Source of the DNA: a virus
Taxonomy: Duplodnaviria > Heunggongvirae > Uroviricota > Caudoviricetes
Strand: one strand, 5' to 3'
DNA: 64,000 bases
Virus record (IMG/VR): IMGVR_UViG_3300034082_002445
Location: 10,140-74,139 of that record
Notes under the pieces: model-generated
Told to the model about the DNA's origin: nothing
What the model saw: the letters and a program-made list of their open reading frames with translations, nothing else
The model's database searches: none
Position numbers and translations under genes: made by a program
Part shown: piece after piece, positions 35,069 through 44,545 of the stretch
Numbering within the stretch: the first letter of the stretch is position 1
Layout: the number at the start of each line of letters is the position of its first letter

Positions 35069-36181
35069 ATGAACAAAGTAACATTAGATAAGTATGTAGA
35101 AGCAGGTTGGTTGATTCGTCAGTCACACCCTACTTTGCCATTGTCAATCTACAATTACTCTCAATCTACACAGTATGAGAAGCATTGGGATGATATTACT
35201 TTGTCTTGTCGTGGAGTTATTACTGATGATGAAAATGGCAAGATTATCGTTAAGCCATTTCCAAAGTTCTTTAACTATGAAGAATTGCCAGCAACTATGA
35301 TTCCATGGTCAAACTCTGACTATGTTTATGTTCAAGAAAAAATGGATGGATCCTTGGGTATTTTATTTAACTATAAGAATGAGTGGATCTTATCAACTCG
35401 TGGATCTTTTACATCAGATCAGGCCATTCGAGGCTTAGAGATCTTAAAGGCCAAATACATCTTAGATGCTTTTGAACCTTCTGTTGCCTATTTATGTGAG
35501 ATTATTTACCCAGAAAATAGAATTGTGGTTGATTATGGCAAAGAAAAGATTACATTTTTAGGTGCAGCCATTAATCGATCTTGGAATTGGAAAGAAGGTG
35601 GAGACGATGAATTACATTGGACTACAGCACAGGCCTATTTTAAAATGTCAGGTATTAAAAAGTCTGATATTGTTAAAACTACTCAAGTCTTTGATTTGGG
35701 TCCAGAATTATACTCAACTTTAAAAGCTTTGAACAAAGCCAACGAAGAAGGTTACGTCTTACGTTTCTTTCCTTCTAACTTAAGGGTCAAAATCAAATTC
35801 GAGGATTACTGTACTTTGCACCGAATCTTAACTAATGTTTCTTCATACGATATTTGGGAAAACTTAATGAAATTTGGTAAATTGCCAGAGCAAATGCTTA
35901 ATGATGTACCAGATGAATTTTATGATTGGGTTCATGCAACTCAAGCCAAAATCACGGCAGATTTTAAACAAGTAATGCACTATCATTTGGCAGTTTGTTC
36001 TTCGATCTTAAGAGATGGTATGATGACTCAAAAAGAATTTGCTGAACAAGTTTTAGCTTTGAGTGATGTTAATCATGGTATCATTTTTGGCATTGCAAAT
36101 GGCAAAGATGTGAGCGAAAAGGCCTGGAAAATGGTTAAGCCAGAATATAGTAAGCCTTTTTCAAATGTCGTTGATATATAA
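35069..36181 (+). CDS. T4 RnlA-like RNA ligase 1 (tRNA-repair ligase)
   Basis: N-terminal SIYNYSQ..CRGVI..KFFNYEE and motif I QEKMDGSLGILF parallel T4 Rnl1 SYNYAS..CRGIMF..KFFNLNE..KEDGSLVSTY. Confidence 0.75.
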   Translation: MNKVTLDKYVEAGWLIRQSHPTLPLSIYNYSQSTQYEKHWDDITLSCRGVITDDENGKIIVKPFPKFFNYEELPATMIPWSNSDYVYVQEKMDGSLGILFNYKNEWILSTRGSFTSDQAIRGLEILKAKYILDAFEPSVAYLCEIIYPENRIVVDYGKEKITFLGAAINRSWNWKEGGDDELHWTTAQAYFKMSGIKKSDIVKTTQVFDLGPELYSTLKALNKANEEGYVLRFFPSNLRVKIKFEDYCTLHRILTNVSSYDIWENLMKFGKLPEQMLNDVPDEFYDWVHATQAKITADFKQVMHYHLAVCSSILRDGMMTQKEFAEQVLALSDVNHGIIFGIANGKDVSEKAWKMVKPEYSKPFSNVVDI

Positions 36182-36214
36182 AGAAATTAATTAAATATAA
36201 AACAAACTAGAACA

Positions 36215-36685
36215 ATGAAGCACATTAAATTATTCGAAGCCTTTATAGCTTCAAAACTAAACGAAAGCGATAACGATCCACATGGTGAAGTTCAAGCAGG
36301 ACTAATTACATTTAAACAAGGTGGACTTAAATTAGTTTCACACAGCGATGACAATGGTTATTCTGGTTATATCTGTAAAGACGGTGATAAAGCAGCTCTA
36401 GTAAAATTCTTATTAGATGGCTTTGATGGTAAACTATCTAAAATTGAAGGAAATTCTACTGCAATGTCTGATGTTTATTCTGAATACAGCGATGATACTG
36501 ATGCAATGGAAGCAAAATGGGAACCAGTAACAAAGTTCTTAAAGTGCAAATTTGATGACCTAATATTCTTAGATCTTTTAATGAATGAGGCTGATTTTTA
36601 CACTGAAGAAGAATATGACTTCGCAGCTGAAACATTAGACAATGCTAAAGCAAACACTAAATCTGTTAAATTAGCAGGTTTCTAA
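36215..36685 (+). CDS. CTS-family protein (MKHIKLFEAFIASKLNE...)
   Basis: Conserved N-terminus, acidic body. Confidence 0.55.
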   Translation: MKHIKLFEAFIASKLNESDNDPHGEVQAGLITFKQGGLKLVSHSDDNGYSGYICKDGDKAALVKFLLDGFDGKLSKIEGNSTAMSDVYSEYSDDTDAMEAKWEPVTKFLKCKFDDLIFLDLLMNEADFYTEEEYDFAAETLDNAKANTKSVKLAGF

Positions 36686-36704
36686 TAGAATTTATACAAA
36701 ATTT

Positions 36705-36734
36705 AAAAAAGCTGCTTAATGCAGCTTTTTTTTT
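36705..36734 (+). terminator. rho-independent terminator
   Basis: aaaaaagctgcttaatgcagc followed by T9. Confidence 0.65.
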
Positions 36735-36790
36735 GAAATAGGTTGAAACAATCAAAAACTAAGCAGTATAACTATCAAATCAAATAAATT

Positions 36791-38221
36791 ATGAAATTCG
36801 TAGACGCTTTAAGACAAGAAGACATGCTAACCGAAAACGGTATGGCAACCAACTCAAGTTCATTGAATGCTTGTGTTGATTTATTCTTTAACATTGGTGC
36901 CATGAGAGGCCAAGACAAACAACGTTTGATCGCCACCTTCTCGAAAGCATTTAATGAAGATCCTAAACGTGCGATGAAACTTTTATTCTGGGCTCGTGAT
37001 GTCAGAGGTGGTGCTGGAGAACGTCAAGTTTTTAAAGACATTATCATTTACTTAGCAGAGGATCATGATTTGGCTTTAAAACCAAACTTGCATTTGATTG
37101 CCGAATATGGTAGATGGGATGATTTATTAGTTCTTACAGGAACACGTCTTGAAAAAGAAGCATTTACCTTAATTTCAGATGCTATCATAGCTGAAAATGG
37201 TTTATGTGCTAAATGGATGCCACGTAAAGGTCCAATTGCTGAAAAGTTACGTAAATTTACAGGCATGTCACCAAAGCAATATCGTAAATCTTTAGTTGGA
37301 TTAACTAGTGTTGTTGAGACTAAAATGTGTGCTAAAGAATGGGACACTATTGAATTTGGTAAATTACCATCAGTGGCCTCAGCCAGATACCAAAAAGCCT
37401 TTGGTAAAAATGCATACGAAAGTTATTCAGCTTATATCGCTTCTCTAGTAAAAGGTGAGGCTAAGATTAATGCAGGTGCAGTTTATCCTTATGACATTAC
37501 CAAGTCATTAAAACAAGGTAACGCAACAGTTGCAAACGAACAATGGAAAGCCCTTCCTAATTATTTAGAAGGCACAAGCGATATGATTTTACCAGTTGTG
37601 GATGTATCAGGTTCTATGTCAACTCCGGCTGGGGGTAGCAAATCTGTAACATGTTTGGATGTTGCTGTCTCATTAGGTCTTTATATTTCTGAAAGAAATG
37701 AAGGTCCTTTCAAAGATGCATTCATCACATTCTCTGATAATCCACAATTACAAGTATTAAGTGGTTCACTAAAAGATCGCTACGCACAGATGTCATCTTC
37801 AAATTGGGGAATGTCAACGAATCTCGAGGCGACTTTTAAATTGATCTTAGATCAAGCCACTAAGCATAATTTGTCTCAAGACGAAATGCCAAATAAGATT
37901 CTTATCTTATCAGATATGGAATTTAATGCGGCAACTGGAGGTGGAGGTTGGAGAAACGAAGATGGAAAATGGAATCCAACTGCACAACAAATGATCGAGA
38001 AGATGTACGATGCAGCAGGTTACACAATGCCTCAGATTGTTTATTGGAACATTCAATCTAGAAATGGTGGTGTACCAGTAGCCTTTGATACTCAAGGCAC
38101 TGCATTGGTAAGCGGATTCTCACCAGCAATTATGAAAAGTTTACTTGGAGGAGATATTGAATCTCCACAACAAATAATGGATAAAACAATCTTAAGCGAA
38201 AGGTACTCACCAATCGTTTAA
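36791..38221 (+). CDS. Ro60-like protein (TROVE-like N-terminal region plus C-terminal vWA domain with MIDAS)
   Basis: C-terminal vWA with DVSGSM..T..D MIDAS and ILILSDMEFN; a roughly 300-aa helical N-terminal region; architecture and size match bacterial Rsr/Ro60. Confidence 0.5.
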   Translation: MKFVDALRQEDMLTENGMATNSSSLNACVDLFFNIGAMRGQDKQRLIATFSKAFNEDPKRAMKLLFWARDVRGGAGERQVFKDIIIYLAEDHDLALKPNLHLIAEYGRWDDLLVLTGTRLEKEAFTLISDAIIAENGLCAKWMPRKGPIAEKLRKFTGMSPKQYRKSLVGLTSVVETKMCAKEWDTIEFGKLPSVASARYQKAFGKNAYESYSAYIASLVKGEAKINAGAVYPYDITKSLKQGNATVANEQWKALPNYLEGTSDMILPVVDVSGSMSTPAGGSKSVTCLDVAVSLGLYISERNEGPFKDAFITFSDNPQLQVLSGSLKDRYAQMSSSNWGMSTNLEATFKLILDQATKHNLSQDEMPNKILILSDMEFNAATGGGGWRNEDGKWNPTAQQMIEKMYDAAGYTMPQIVYWNIQSRNGGVPVAFDTQGTALVSGFSPAIMKSLLGGDIESPQQIMDKTILSERYSPIV

Positions 38222-38631
38222 GATATATAAAGAAAATTGGTTCCGTACAGCAACTTATACAACCATATACTTATATAAACGGAAAACAAGGAACCAGGTG
38301 GATCGGTACAGCAAAAAGTACACACAAACTATGACAGAGTCTGGGATAAACGTGGAGCTAATGATTCGTCCTTAGTTTTGAAGCGGCTAGACAAGGTGAA
38401 GACTAACACTGGAAAATAGGTTACACGTCAAACCACCCCAATAGGTGACTAGTAGGATGAAGTTGAAGATAGTAGACTCTCGCGAAAATCAAAGCCGAAG
38501 ACGTTAAACAGGGTTATTCTGCCGAGAAGAAAATAACGAACAACGATCCCGTTAAACATTAAAAGCCACTTCGGTGGCTTTTTTTATGAAACAAGTTTAA
38601 ATTAAGCTGTATAATCAGTATAGATAATATT
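38222..38631 (+). other. 410-bp ORF-free, structured, GC-elevated region downstream of the Ro60-like gene; candidate Y-RNA-like ncRNA(s)
   Basis: Long-range ggttcc/ggaacc stem, repeated gtacagcaa boxes, several hairpins; ends with a terminator at 38561-38586. Confidence 0.3.
38561..38586 (+). terminator. rho-independent terminator
   Basis: aaaagccacttcggtggc followed by T7. Confidence 0.65.
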
Positions 38632-39345
38632 ATGAGAATTACTCTTATTAGTGATACACACACGAAACACAAGCAGCTAAATGGTGATTTGCCAGGAGGT
38701 GATTTATTAATTCATGCTGGAGATATTATGAACTCTGGTTATAGTCCATACGAGATCGAAGATTTCTGTAAATGGTTTGAAGCTCAAGATTATGACCATT
38801 TGGTTTTTATTGCCGGAAATCATGATCGCTTGTTTGAAAATCAACCAGAAAAGGCAATGGAGATTGTCAATTCTTACAAATTGATTGATTACTTACAAGA
38901 TGATTGGATTGTAGTTGGAGATGCTGATCCACATGATGCAAATGTAAAAACTGCTAAAATTTATGGTAGTCCTTGGCAACCTGAGTTTTACAATTGGGCT
39001 TTTAACTTACCTCGTCAAGGAAAAGAATTAGAAGCTAAATGGGCTGCAATTCCAACTGACACTGATATTTTAATCACGCATGGCCCAGTTCAAGGACATT
39101 TAGATATGAGTGGACCTCCATATAATGAGCCAAACTTAGGCTGTCCATTATTAAGGCATCATATTGATACTGTTTCTAGACCAAAGATTCATGTCTGTGG
39201 ACACATTCATGGTGGTTATGGTTATAAGTTCGACGGACAAACACATTTCTTTAATGCTTCTATTTTAAATGAGGAATATGAATATGTTAATAAGCCTATG
39301 ACATTTGATTGGAACCCAGAAACAAACGAAATACAATTTATATAA
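38632..39345 (+). CDS. Calcineurin-like metallophosphoesterase (second copy)
   Basis: ISDTHTKH, HAGDIMNSG, AGNHDRLFE, ITHGP, CGHIHGGYG. Confidence 0.7.
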   Translation: MRITLISDTHTKHKQLNGDLPGGDLLIHAGDIMNSGYSPYEIEDFCKWFEAQDYDHLVFIAGNHDRLFENQPEKAMEIVNSYKLIDYLQDDWIVVGDADPHDANVKTAKIYGSPWQPEFYNWAFNLPRQGKELEAKWAAIPTDTDILITHGPVQGHLDMSGPPYNEPNLGCPLLRHHIDTVSRPKIHVCGHIHGGYGYKFDGQTHFFNASILNEEYEYVNKPMTFDWNPETNEIQFI

Positions 39346-39348
39346 ATT

Positions 39349-39954
39349 ATGATAGATCAAACTAACCCTAAAATCAAGACCTTTGTCGACCATGTGAAAA
39401 GAGAATGTAGAAGAAAGGGGATCAAGTTTGATCTAAGACCATGTAAGTATGTTAAAATGTCAGAATCAATCAAATGTTCAGGTTGGTTTGACACAGAGAA
39501 CATGGCACTTGTGGTTGCTGGCAAACATTCAATGGCTCTAGATGTCTTAGTCCATGAATATGGTCACTTTACTCAATGGGACGAAAACATTCCAATTTGG
39601 AATGCAGCTGATGTCTCAATGGGATATGTAGACGAGTGGTTGGCAGGTACAGAAGTCAGAAACATTAAAAAATGGTTGGGTTTATCAAGAGATTTGGAAC
39701 TTGACAATGAGAAAAGATCAGTAGCTTTGATTAAGAAGTTTAATCTGCCAATTAACACCAAAGAGTACACCAGAAAGGCCAACGCCTATGTGCAATTCTA
39801 TAATTGGATGTACTATTCAAGACGTTGGTGCAAACCAACTAATAGTCCTTATAAAAACTTAACTGTTTTGGAAGCTATGCCAGATAAGTTTAATATGAAC
39901 TATAAGACTCTTTCTTATAAGGTTTATAAAGCTTTTGAAGCATCTGAAATTTAA
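39349..39954 (+). CDS. Hypothetical protein with an HExxH motif (possible metallopeptidase)
   Basis: LVHEYGHFTQWDE. Confidence 0.4.
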   Translation: MIDQTNPKIKTFVDHVKRECRRKGIKFDLRPCKYVKMSESIKCSGWFDTENMALVVAGKHSMALDVLVHEYGHFTQWDENIPIWNAADVSMGYVDEWLAGTEVRNIKKWLGLSRDLELDNEKRSVALIKKFNLPINTKEYTRKANAYVQFYNWMYYSRRWCKPTNSPYKNLTVLEAMPDKFNMNYKTLSYKVYKAFEASEI

Positions 39955-40015
39955 TTGAAAATAAATTTTTTTATGTCAAAAGAATTTAGTATATTTACGT
40001 AGTAATAAAATTAGA
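39955..40015 (+). promoter_or_regulatory. Promoter cassette (TTTTTTTATGTCAAAAGAATTTAGTATATTTACGTAGTAATAAAATTAG)
   Basis: Matches the cassette consensus. Confidence 0.5.
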
Positions 40016-40372
40016 ATGAAAACAATAGTACATAGAAAACTAGGCAATATCAAGATCCATGTTGAATTCGAAAGATTTCAAGAAGGTCAGCCTATGCCAA
40101 TTCACGTTGCATTAGCAGAATGCACAACTATTCTTAGAGAAAGTGACAAAGGATGGTACAGATCATGGAAAATCAATGCAAGAAATTCAGTCACTACACA
40201 ATATTATTTGTTATGGGGTGATACTAATGATTTTGCAAATAACGGATTTACTCACATGCAAACACCAAGTGGCAGAGCAATGTCATTTAAATCTGCTCTA
40301 AAACAATTCAACGAATTAATCAAGGCAACTGAGTTTGTCAAATTTAACAAAATACAACATGAAGTACGCTAG
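40016..40372 (+). CDS. hypothetical protein
   Basis: ORF track. Confidence 0.45.
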   Translation: MKTIVHRKLGNIKIHVEFERFQEGQPMPIHVALAECTTILRESDKGWYRSWKINARNSVTTQYYLLWGDTNDFANNGFTHMQTPSGRAMSFKSALKQFNELIKATEFVKFNKIQHEVR

Positions 40373-41036
40373 TATTGATATAGAAACAACAGGCATTGAC
40401 AACGAAAGATCTCAAACATTATCAATTGGTATTGTTCTAGAGGACTGTAATGACATCAAGCCAATTAATGAGCTGCCAAAATTAGAAGTAGCTATCATTC
40501 GCGAAAGACTCGATGGAGAAATCTTTGCGCTGAACATGAACCGAGATTTGATCTCAGACATCTTACGTTATAAGTTGGCAAAAACAGACGAAGAACGTAA
40601 GCAAATTGAGGCTGAAACTGGTCGTGAATACTTAAACGAAGAAGATGTAGTTAAACGCATTTTCCAATTTATGTTCGATCATAGTGCTTTAGAAGGTGAT
40701 TATACCTTTGGAGATATGAGAGAAATTGTAAATGGTAAAAGTTACCCAGCTTTGACTTCTAAAATGAAGCCATGGTATTTTAATGCCGCTGGTAAAAACT
40801 TTGCATCATTTGACCAAAAATTCTTGGAAAGACTTCCACGCTGGAAACAGGTTTTTAAGATTAGAGGTCGTGTTTTGGATCCTGCAATACTATTTGTCGA
40901 TTGGACTAATGATAATGCTGCTCCAGGTTTGAGCCTGTGTAAAGAACGTGCAGGTTTATCAAACGTCGTAACCCATAACGCAGTAGAGGATGCACTTGAT
41001 GTTGTAATGTTACTAAGAAAGCAATATATTAAATAA
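40335..41036 (+). CDS. DnaQ-like DEDDh 3'-5' exonuclease (oligoribonuclease / RNase T-like)
   Basis: ASIDIETTG (Exo I), ...HNAVEDALDVVML (Exo III H-x4-D); the true start may be ATG 40359 (MKYASIDIETTG). Confidence 0.65.
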   Translation: MSNLTKYNMKYASIDIETTGIDNERSQTLSIGIVLEDCNDIKPINELPKLEVAIIRERLDGEIFALNMNRDLISDILRYKLAKTDEERKQIEAETGREYLNEEDVVKRIFQFMFDHSALEGDYTFGDMREIVNGKSYPALTSKMKPWYFNAAGKNFASFDQKFLERLPRWKQVFKIRGRVLDPAILFVDWTNDNAAPGLSLCKERAGLSNVVTHNAVEDALDVVMLLRKQYIK

Positions 41037-41224
41037 TGAAATTTGAATTAACAAAGGACCAAATGGTCAAGCTTAAAGAATGGCAAGAAAAGATCAAAGA
41101 TCTTTTTGGTGAATATGGAAACTACACTTATTCATTTACTCCAACAGGAATTGGTGATGGAGTTGAGGTTTGGAGTGACCTAACTAAAACCAAATTAGAC
41201 TTAACAGACGTTGACACATGGTAG
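41036..41224 (+). CDS. hypothetical protein
   Basis: ORF track. Confidence 0.4.
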   Translation: MKFELTKDQMVKLKEWQEKIKDLFGEYGNYTYSFTPTGIGDGVEVWSDLTKTKLDLTDVDTW

Positions 41225-41454
41225 AAGATAGCAATGGCTTGGATCAAGTCAAAAATGATCCATTTTATATTCATGAGGCATTAGATCGTACTCACATGGT
41301 TGCATCGATATTAGAAGATCATTTACTACAGCATCCTTGGGTTAAAATAAATAAATCTGTTAGTGACAAATTAGATGCAGCTTTAATGCTATTAGCTCAA
41401 GCTTATCAAGAAATAGGACAATATTCAGAAACAAAAGACGAGTCAAACATATAA
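41218..41454 (+). CDS. hypothetical protein
   Basis: ORF track. Confidence 0.4.
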   Translation: MVEDSNGLDQVKNDPFYIHEALDRTHMVASILEDHLLQHPWVKINKSVSDKLDAALMLLAQAYQEIGQYSETKDESNI

Positions 41455-41459
41455 TAACT

Positions 41460-41960
41460 ATGGGAACTAATTACGTTAGAGTGCCAACTGAGGCCGAAAT
41501 GATTGAAAGAAAGCAAAAGCTAGAAGAAAGAATAGCGAAGTTGACATTAGATGCACCGATGGTAGCTAATGGATTTAGAACTGTGCAAATTACAGCCAAT
41601 GACTGGGAAAATGCAGATCCATGGGATGAATTTAATGCTGGTATTTGTACACATCTTGGTAAAAGAAGCGGTGGCTGGCAGTTTTGTTGGAACCTAAATA
41701 CTAATTTGTATTACACCAACAAAGAAGAGATGTTGGCTTATATCAGAAGCGGTAGAGTAGTTGACGAATATGGAACTGAAATTCCATGTGAAGAGTTTAT
41801 TGAAATGGCCTTAAATTGGTGCCCTGATGGCCTAATATTTGATCAGGCTCATGAAGAAAAAGCTGCTTTGGAGAATCCAAACTATCATTATTGGGGACCA
41901 AGTGCTCATGACTCTATTATAGATGGTTTAAGATTTAGTTCATCAGATAGCTTTAGTTAA
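41460..41960 (+). CDS. hypothetical protein
   Basis: ORF track. Confidence 0.45.
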   Translation: MGTNYVRVPTEAEMIERKQKLEERIAKLTLDAPMVANGFRTVQITANDWENADPWDEFNAGICTHLGKRSGGWQFCWNLNTNLYYTNKEEMLAYIRSGRVVDEYGTEIPCEEFIEMALNWCPDGLIFDQAHEEKAALENPNYHYWGPSAHDSIIDGLRFSSSDSFS

Positions 41961-41961
41961 G

Positions 41962-42231
41962 ATGAAGAGGATTTCTATAGTTTTTGCAGCCCTAATACTG
42001 TTTTTATGTATGATGTGGTTTTTTATAAGCACTAAAATGCATGAAGAAAATCAATACAAAGTAAAAAGTATTGAATTTGAAGTAGTAGATTCGACTTGGA
42101 TAGGAGAAAAAAGCACATTAGAACCTAATTATCATTTTTATAAAACAAATTCAGGTAGGACTGGATGTTGTAGTGTTCAAAAATATTATGTTGGAGACAC
42201 TATAAAATTTATTCATGTAGACATAAAATGA
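41962..42231 (+). CDS. hypothetical membrane-anchored protein
   Basis: ORF track; N-terminal transmembrane helix. Confidence 0.4.
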   Translation: MKRISIVFAALILFLCMMWFFISTKMHEENQYKVKSIEFEVVDSTWIGEKSTLEPNYHFYKTNSGRTGCCSVQKYYVGDTIKFIHVDIK

Positions 42232-42650
42232 CACGAGAAGAGTTTAATACATATCTTGAAAGCATCGGTGGCTTGGTAAATGGATGGAAGACTCAAGCAC
42301 CGCCAATTACAGATAGTTACTTTATGCAACACGATGCTGGTTGGTATGAATTAGAGAAACATCTTATTGAAGATCTAATTAAATTAGGTTGGAACAAAGA
42401 AGTTTGCCAGATCAAAGAGAAATTTGGAGGTCTTAGATTCTATATTAATGAAGGCTCTGATGAGATCCATAAAAGAATCCAACAAGCTGAATCAGAATCA
42501 TACGAGACATGTGAAGGTTGTGGAACTAAAGAAGAAATAGGAAAGACGAAGGGTTGGATTACAACATGTTGCCAATCGTGCGCAATAAAAATATTTGAAA
42601 ACAAATCAGAACCTAAAGATTTTATTATGTTCTGGACTAAAAACACATAA
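42228..42650 (+). CDS. Hypothetical protein with a C-terminal zinc-ribbon (CEGCG...CCQSC)
   Basis: ORF track. Confidence 0.45.
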   Translation: MTREEFNTYLESIGGLVNGWKTQAPPITDSYFMQHDAGWYELEKHLIEDLIKLGWNKEVCQIKEKFGGLRFYINEGSDEIHKRIQQAESESYETCEGCGTKEEIGKTKGWITTCCQSCAIKIFENKSEPKDFIMFWTKNT

Positions 42651-42656
42651 AACAAA

Positions 42657-42866
42657 ATGGATCAAATTTACAATTACGTATTCTGGCACAATTCTTACGA
42701 ACAGATATGGTATGCAATTCCAAGAGATCAGTACAATGAATTCTTTAGTGGAAACAGAAACTACAAAAACGTTATTAAATCAAGTAAGATTGATACTCTT
42801 ATTATGATTATCGAAAACCCTAACCTAGAAATACAAGAAGATGGCGAGATTATACAAAATCCATAG
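42657..42866 (+). CDS. hypothetical protein
   Basis: ORF track. Confidence 0.35.
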   Translation: MDQIYNYVFWHNSYEQIWYAIPRDQYNEFFSGNRNYKNVIKSSKIDTLIMIIENPNLEIQEDGEIIQNP

Positions 42867-43119
42867 TGATGGATCAGCAGAATTTAAGGAACAAGGTGCA
42901 AGAATAGAAGCTATTGCATGGACAGAAAATGGCAAATTTGACAAAATAGTGGCAAATGTACCAACTGTTGGCTGTTCTTTATTAGTAGGATCTGTGACAG
43001 CAAGAAGTTACTCAGATCAAGACTATTGGTTAACAACCAAAGTGACTGAGATCCTAGTAGAATCAGCAATTAGCATTAAATTTAAAACAGAAAACTCAAC
43101 ATACGAACTAATATTTTAA
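42841..43119 (+). CDS. hypothetical protein
   Basis: ORF track. Confidence 0.4.
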   Translation: MARLYKIHSDGSAEFKEQGARIEAIAWTENGKFDKIVANVPTVGCSLLVGSVTARSYSDQDYWLTTKVTEILVESAISIKFKTENSTYELIF

Positions 43120-43121
43120 TC

Positions 43122-43385
43122 ATGGCAGAAGAAACAATCGAAAACATTACACATGGACTGGTAGCATTTGTAAAAGATGAAGAAAATCCAGAACAAATCG
43201 TTATCCTACACTTTTGTGGGTACTTTCAAGAACCAACAGAAGATGATTACGTAGCTCTTAAGACAGAACTTGCTGGTTCAGAAGACTTTGGTTTACAAGG
43301 CATTGACTTTGAACTTGGCGAGGCAACTCAAGAGATGCTTGATTACTTTAAAGATCCTTCAAGATTTGAGGAAGAAGTAGAGTAA
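43122..43385 (+). CDS. hypothetical acidic protein
   Basis: ORF track. Confidence 0.4.
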   Translation: MAEETIENITHGLVAFVKDEENPEQIVILHFCGYFQEPTEDDYVALKTELAGSEDFGLQGIDFELGEATQEMLDYFKDPSRFEEEVE

Positions 43386-43489
43386 TTGTTCGTAACTTTT
43401 TAGGTCCGGGTGAATTTATTTTCATCCGGATTTTTTTATGTCAAATATTATTAGTATATTTACATATAACAAATTTAAACTAGACAAAG
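43386..43489 (+). promoter_or_regulatory. Intergenic cassette (TAATTGTTCGTAACTTTTT, hairpin tccgggtgaa/ttcatccgga, promoter boxes)
   Basis: Matches the cassette consensus. Confidence 0.6.
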
Positions 43490-43807
43490 ATGACAAAGTT
43501 ACACATTTACAATGACCTCGGAATTTACAAGAACGCTATCAAGCAACAGATCAAAGACTATTTAGATATGCTTAGTACTGATGAAGCTAATGAACGAGGA
43601 TTGACTGGAGCTGCTGAATTAATCAATAAGCGTACTCAAATGTACACTCCAACGGAGGCTGAATGTTTGATCTCATGGTATATTAGTTCTCATGACGAGT
43701 GTGTTGTTGAAAACCCAGAAGACTTTCATCCTTTGCAAATCCATACAGCTACTGCAAAATTAGCAAGATACGATAAAGCCTATAACAAAATTAAAATCTC
43801 TCAATAA
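43490..43807 (+). CDS. hypothetical protein
   Basis: ORF track. Confidence 0.45.
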   Translation: MTKLHIYNDLGIYKNAIKQQIKDYLDMLSTDEANERGLTGAAELINKRTQMYTPTEAECLISWYISSHDECVVENPEDFHPLQIHTATAKLARYDKAYNKIKISQ

Positions 43808-43809
43808 TT

Positions 43810-44121
43810 ATGAAAATAACAGCATTAAACACAGAACAAGCCTCAGGCAAAACAAATGGCTCTAGCCTTAAAGGTTACATAGCTTGCAAATACGCAGATC
43901 TAATCTCATTATTGGGTCAGCCAGCTTATGGTCAATCTGGTGACGAAAAAGTCAATTTTGATTGGGTTGTAGAATTTGGAGGTAATTATTTTACCATCTA
44001 CGATTGGAAAACTTACAATGTCCGATATAGCACAGAGAGTTTAAATCAATGGAATGTTGGAGGTAAAGTTTCTGCTGCAGATTTTATTGAATATATAGAA
44101 AAACAAATTAAAAATAAATAA
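43810..44121 (+). CDS. hypothetical protein
   Basis: ORF track. Confidence 0.45.
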   Translation: MKITALNTEQASGKTNGSSLKGYIACKYADLISLLGQPAYGQSGDEKVNFDWVVEFGGNYFTIYDWKTYNVRYSTESLNQWNVGGKVSAADFIEYIEKQIKNK

Positions 44122-44122
44122 G

Positions 44123-44545
44123 ATGAAGAACGTACAGTTATTTGAACAATTCTTGAATGAAGCTGCCATTTTTGACAATGACACAGTAGACATACAGGCA
44201 GCCATCGATATATTAAAGGATCGATTAGAAAAAGAAAATCCAGGTTATTATTCTCTTAGCAAAGGTGTATTTGGCAATGACACTATTATGTTGCTAGTTT
44301 CCTTGGATCCTAAATCAGAATGGTCTAATGGTTATGTTGAAAACTCTAACTACTTTAGAATGGCTATTTATAAAGATGGTAAAATGGAAACATTTGTACA
44401 AAGTCTTTACTATCCTAATGTTCCTGTAAGTTACGAATCTCGTTTAAAGATTAAATTTAGAAAGTCAACTGCCAAATCTATGAAAGATGCTGCTGACAGA
44501 TTAGTTAAATTTATCAATGAAATTAAAAAAGAAATGGGTAAATAA
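44123..44545 (+). CDS. CTS-family protein (MKNVQLFEQFLNEA)
   Basis: Conserved N-terminus. Confidence 0.55.
   Translation: MKNVQLFEQFLNEAAIFDNDTVDIQAAIDILKDRLEKENPGYYSLSKGVFGNDTIMLLVSLDPKSEWSNGYVENSNYFRMAIYKDGKMETFVQSLYYPNVPVSYESRLKIKFRKSTAKSMKDAADRLVKFINEIKKEMGK

Noticed and set aside
38222-38631. Calling a definite Y RNA
   Set aside because: I could not find a canonical tRNA-like T-arm (GTTCGA) or a recognisable Ro-binding helix by eye. It is kept only as a candidate structured ncRNA.
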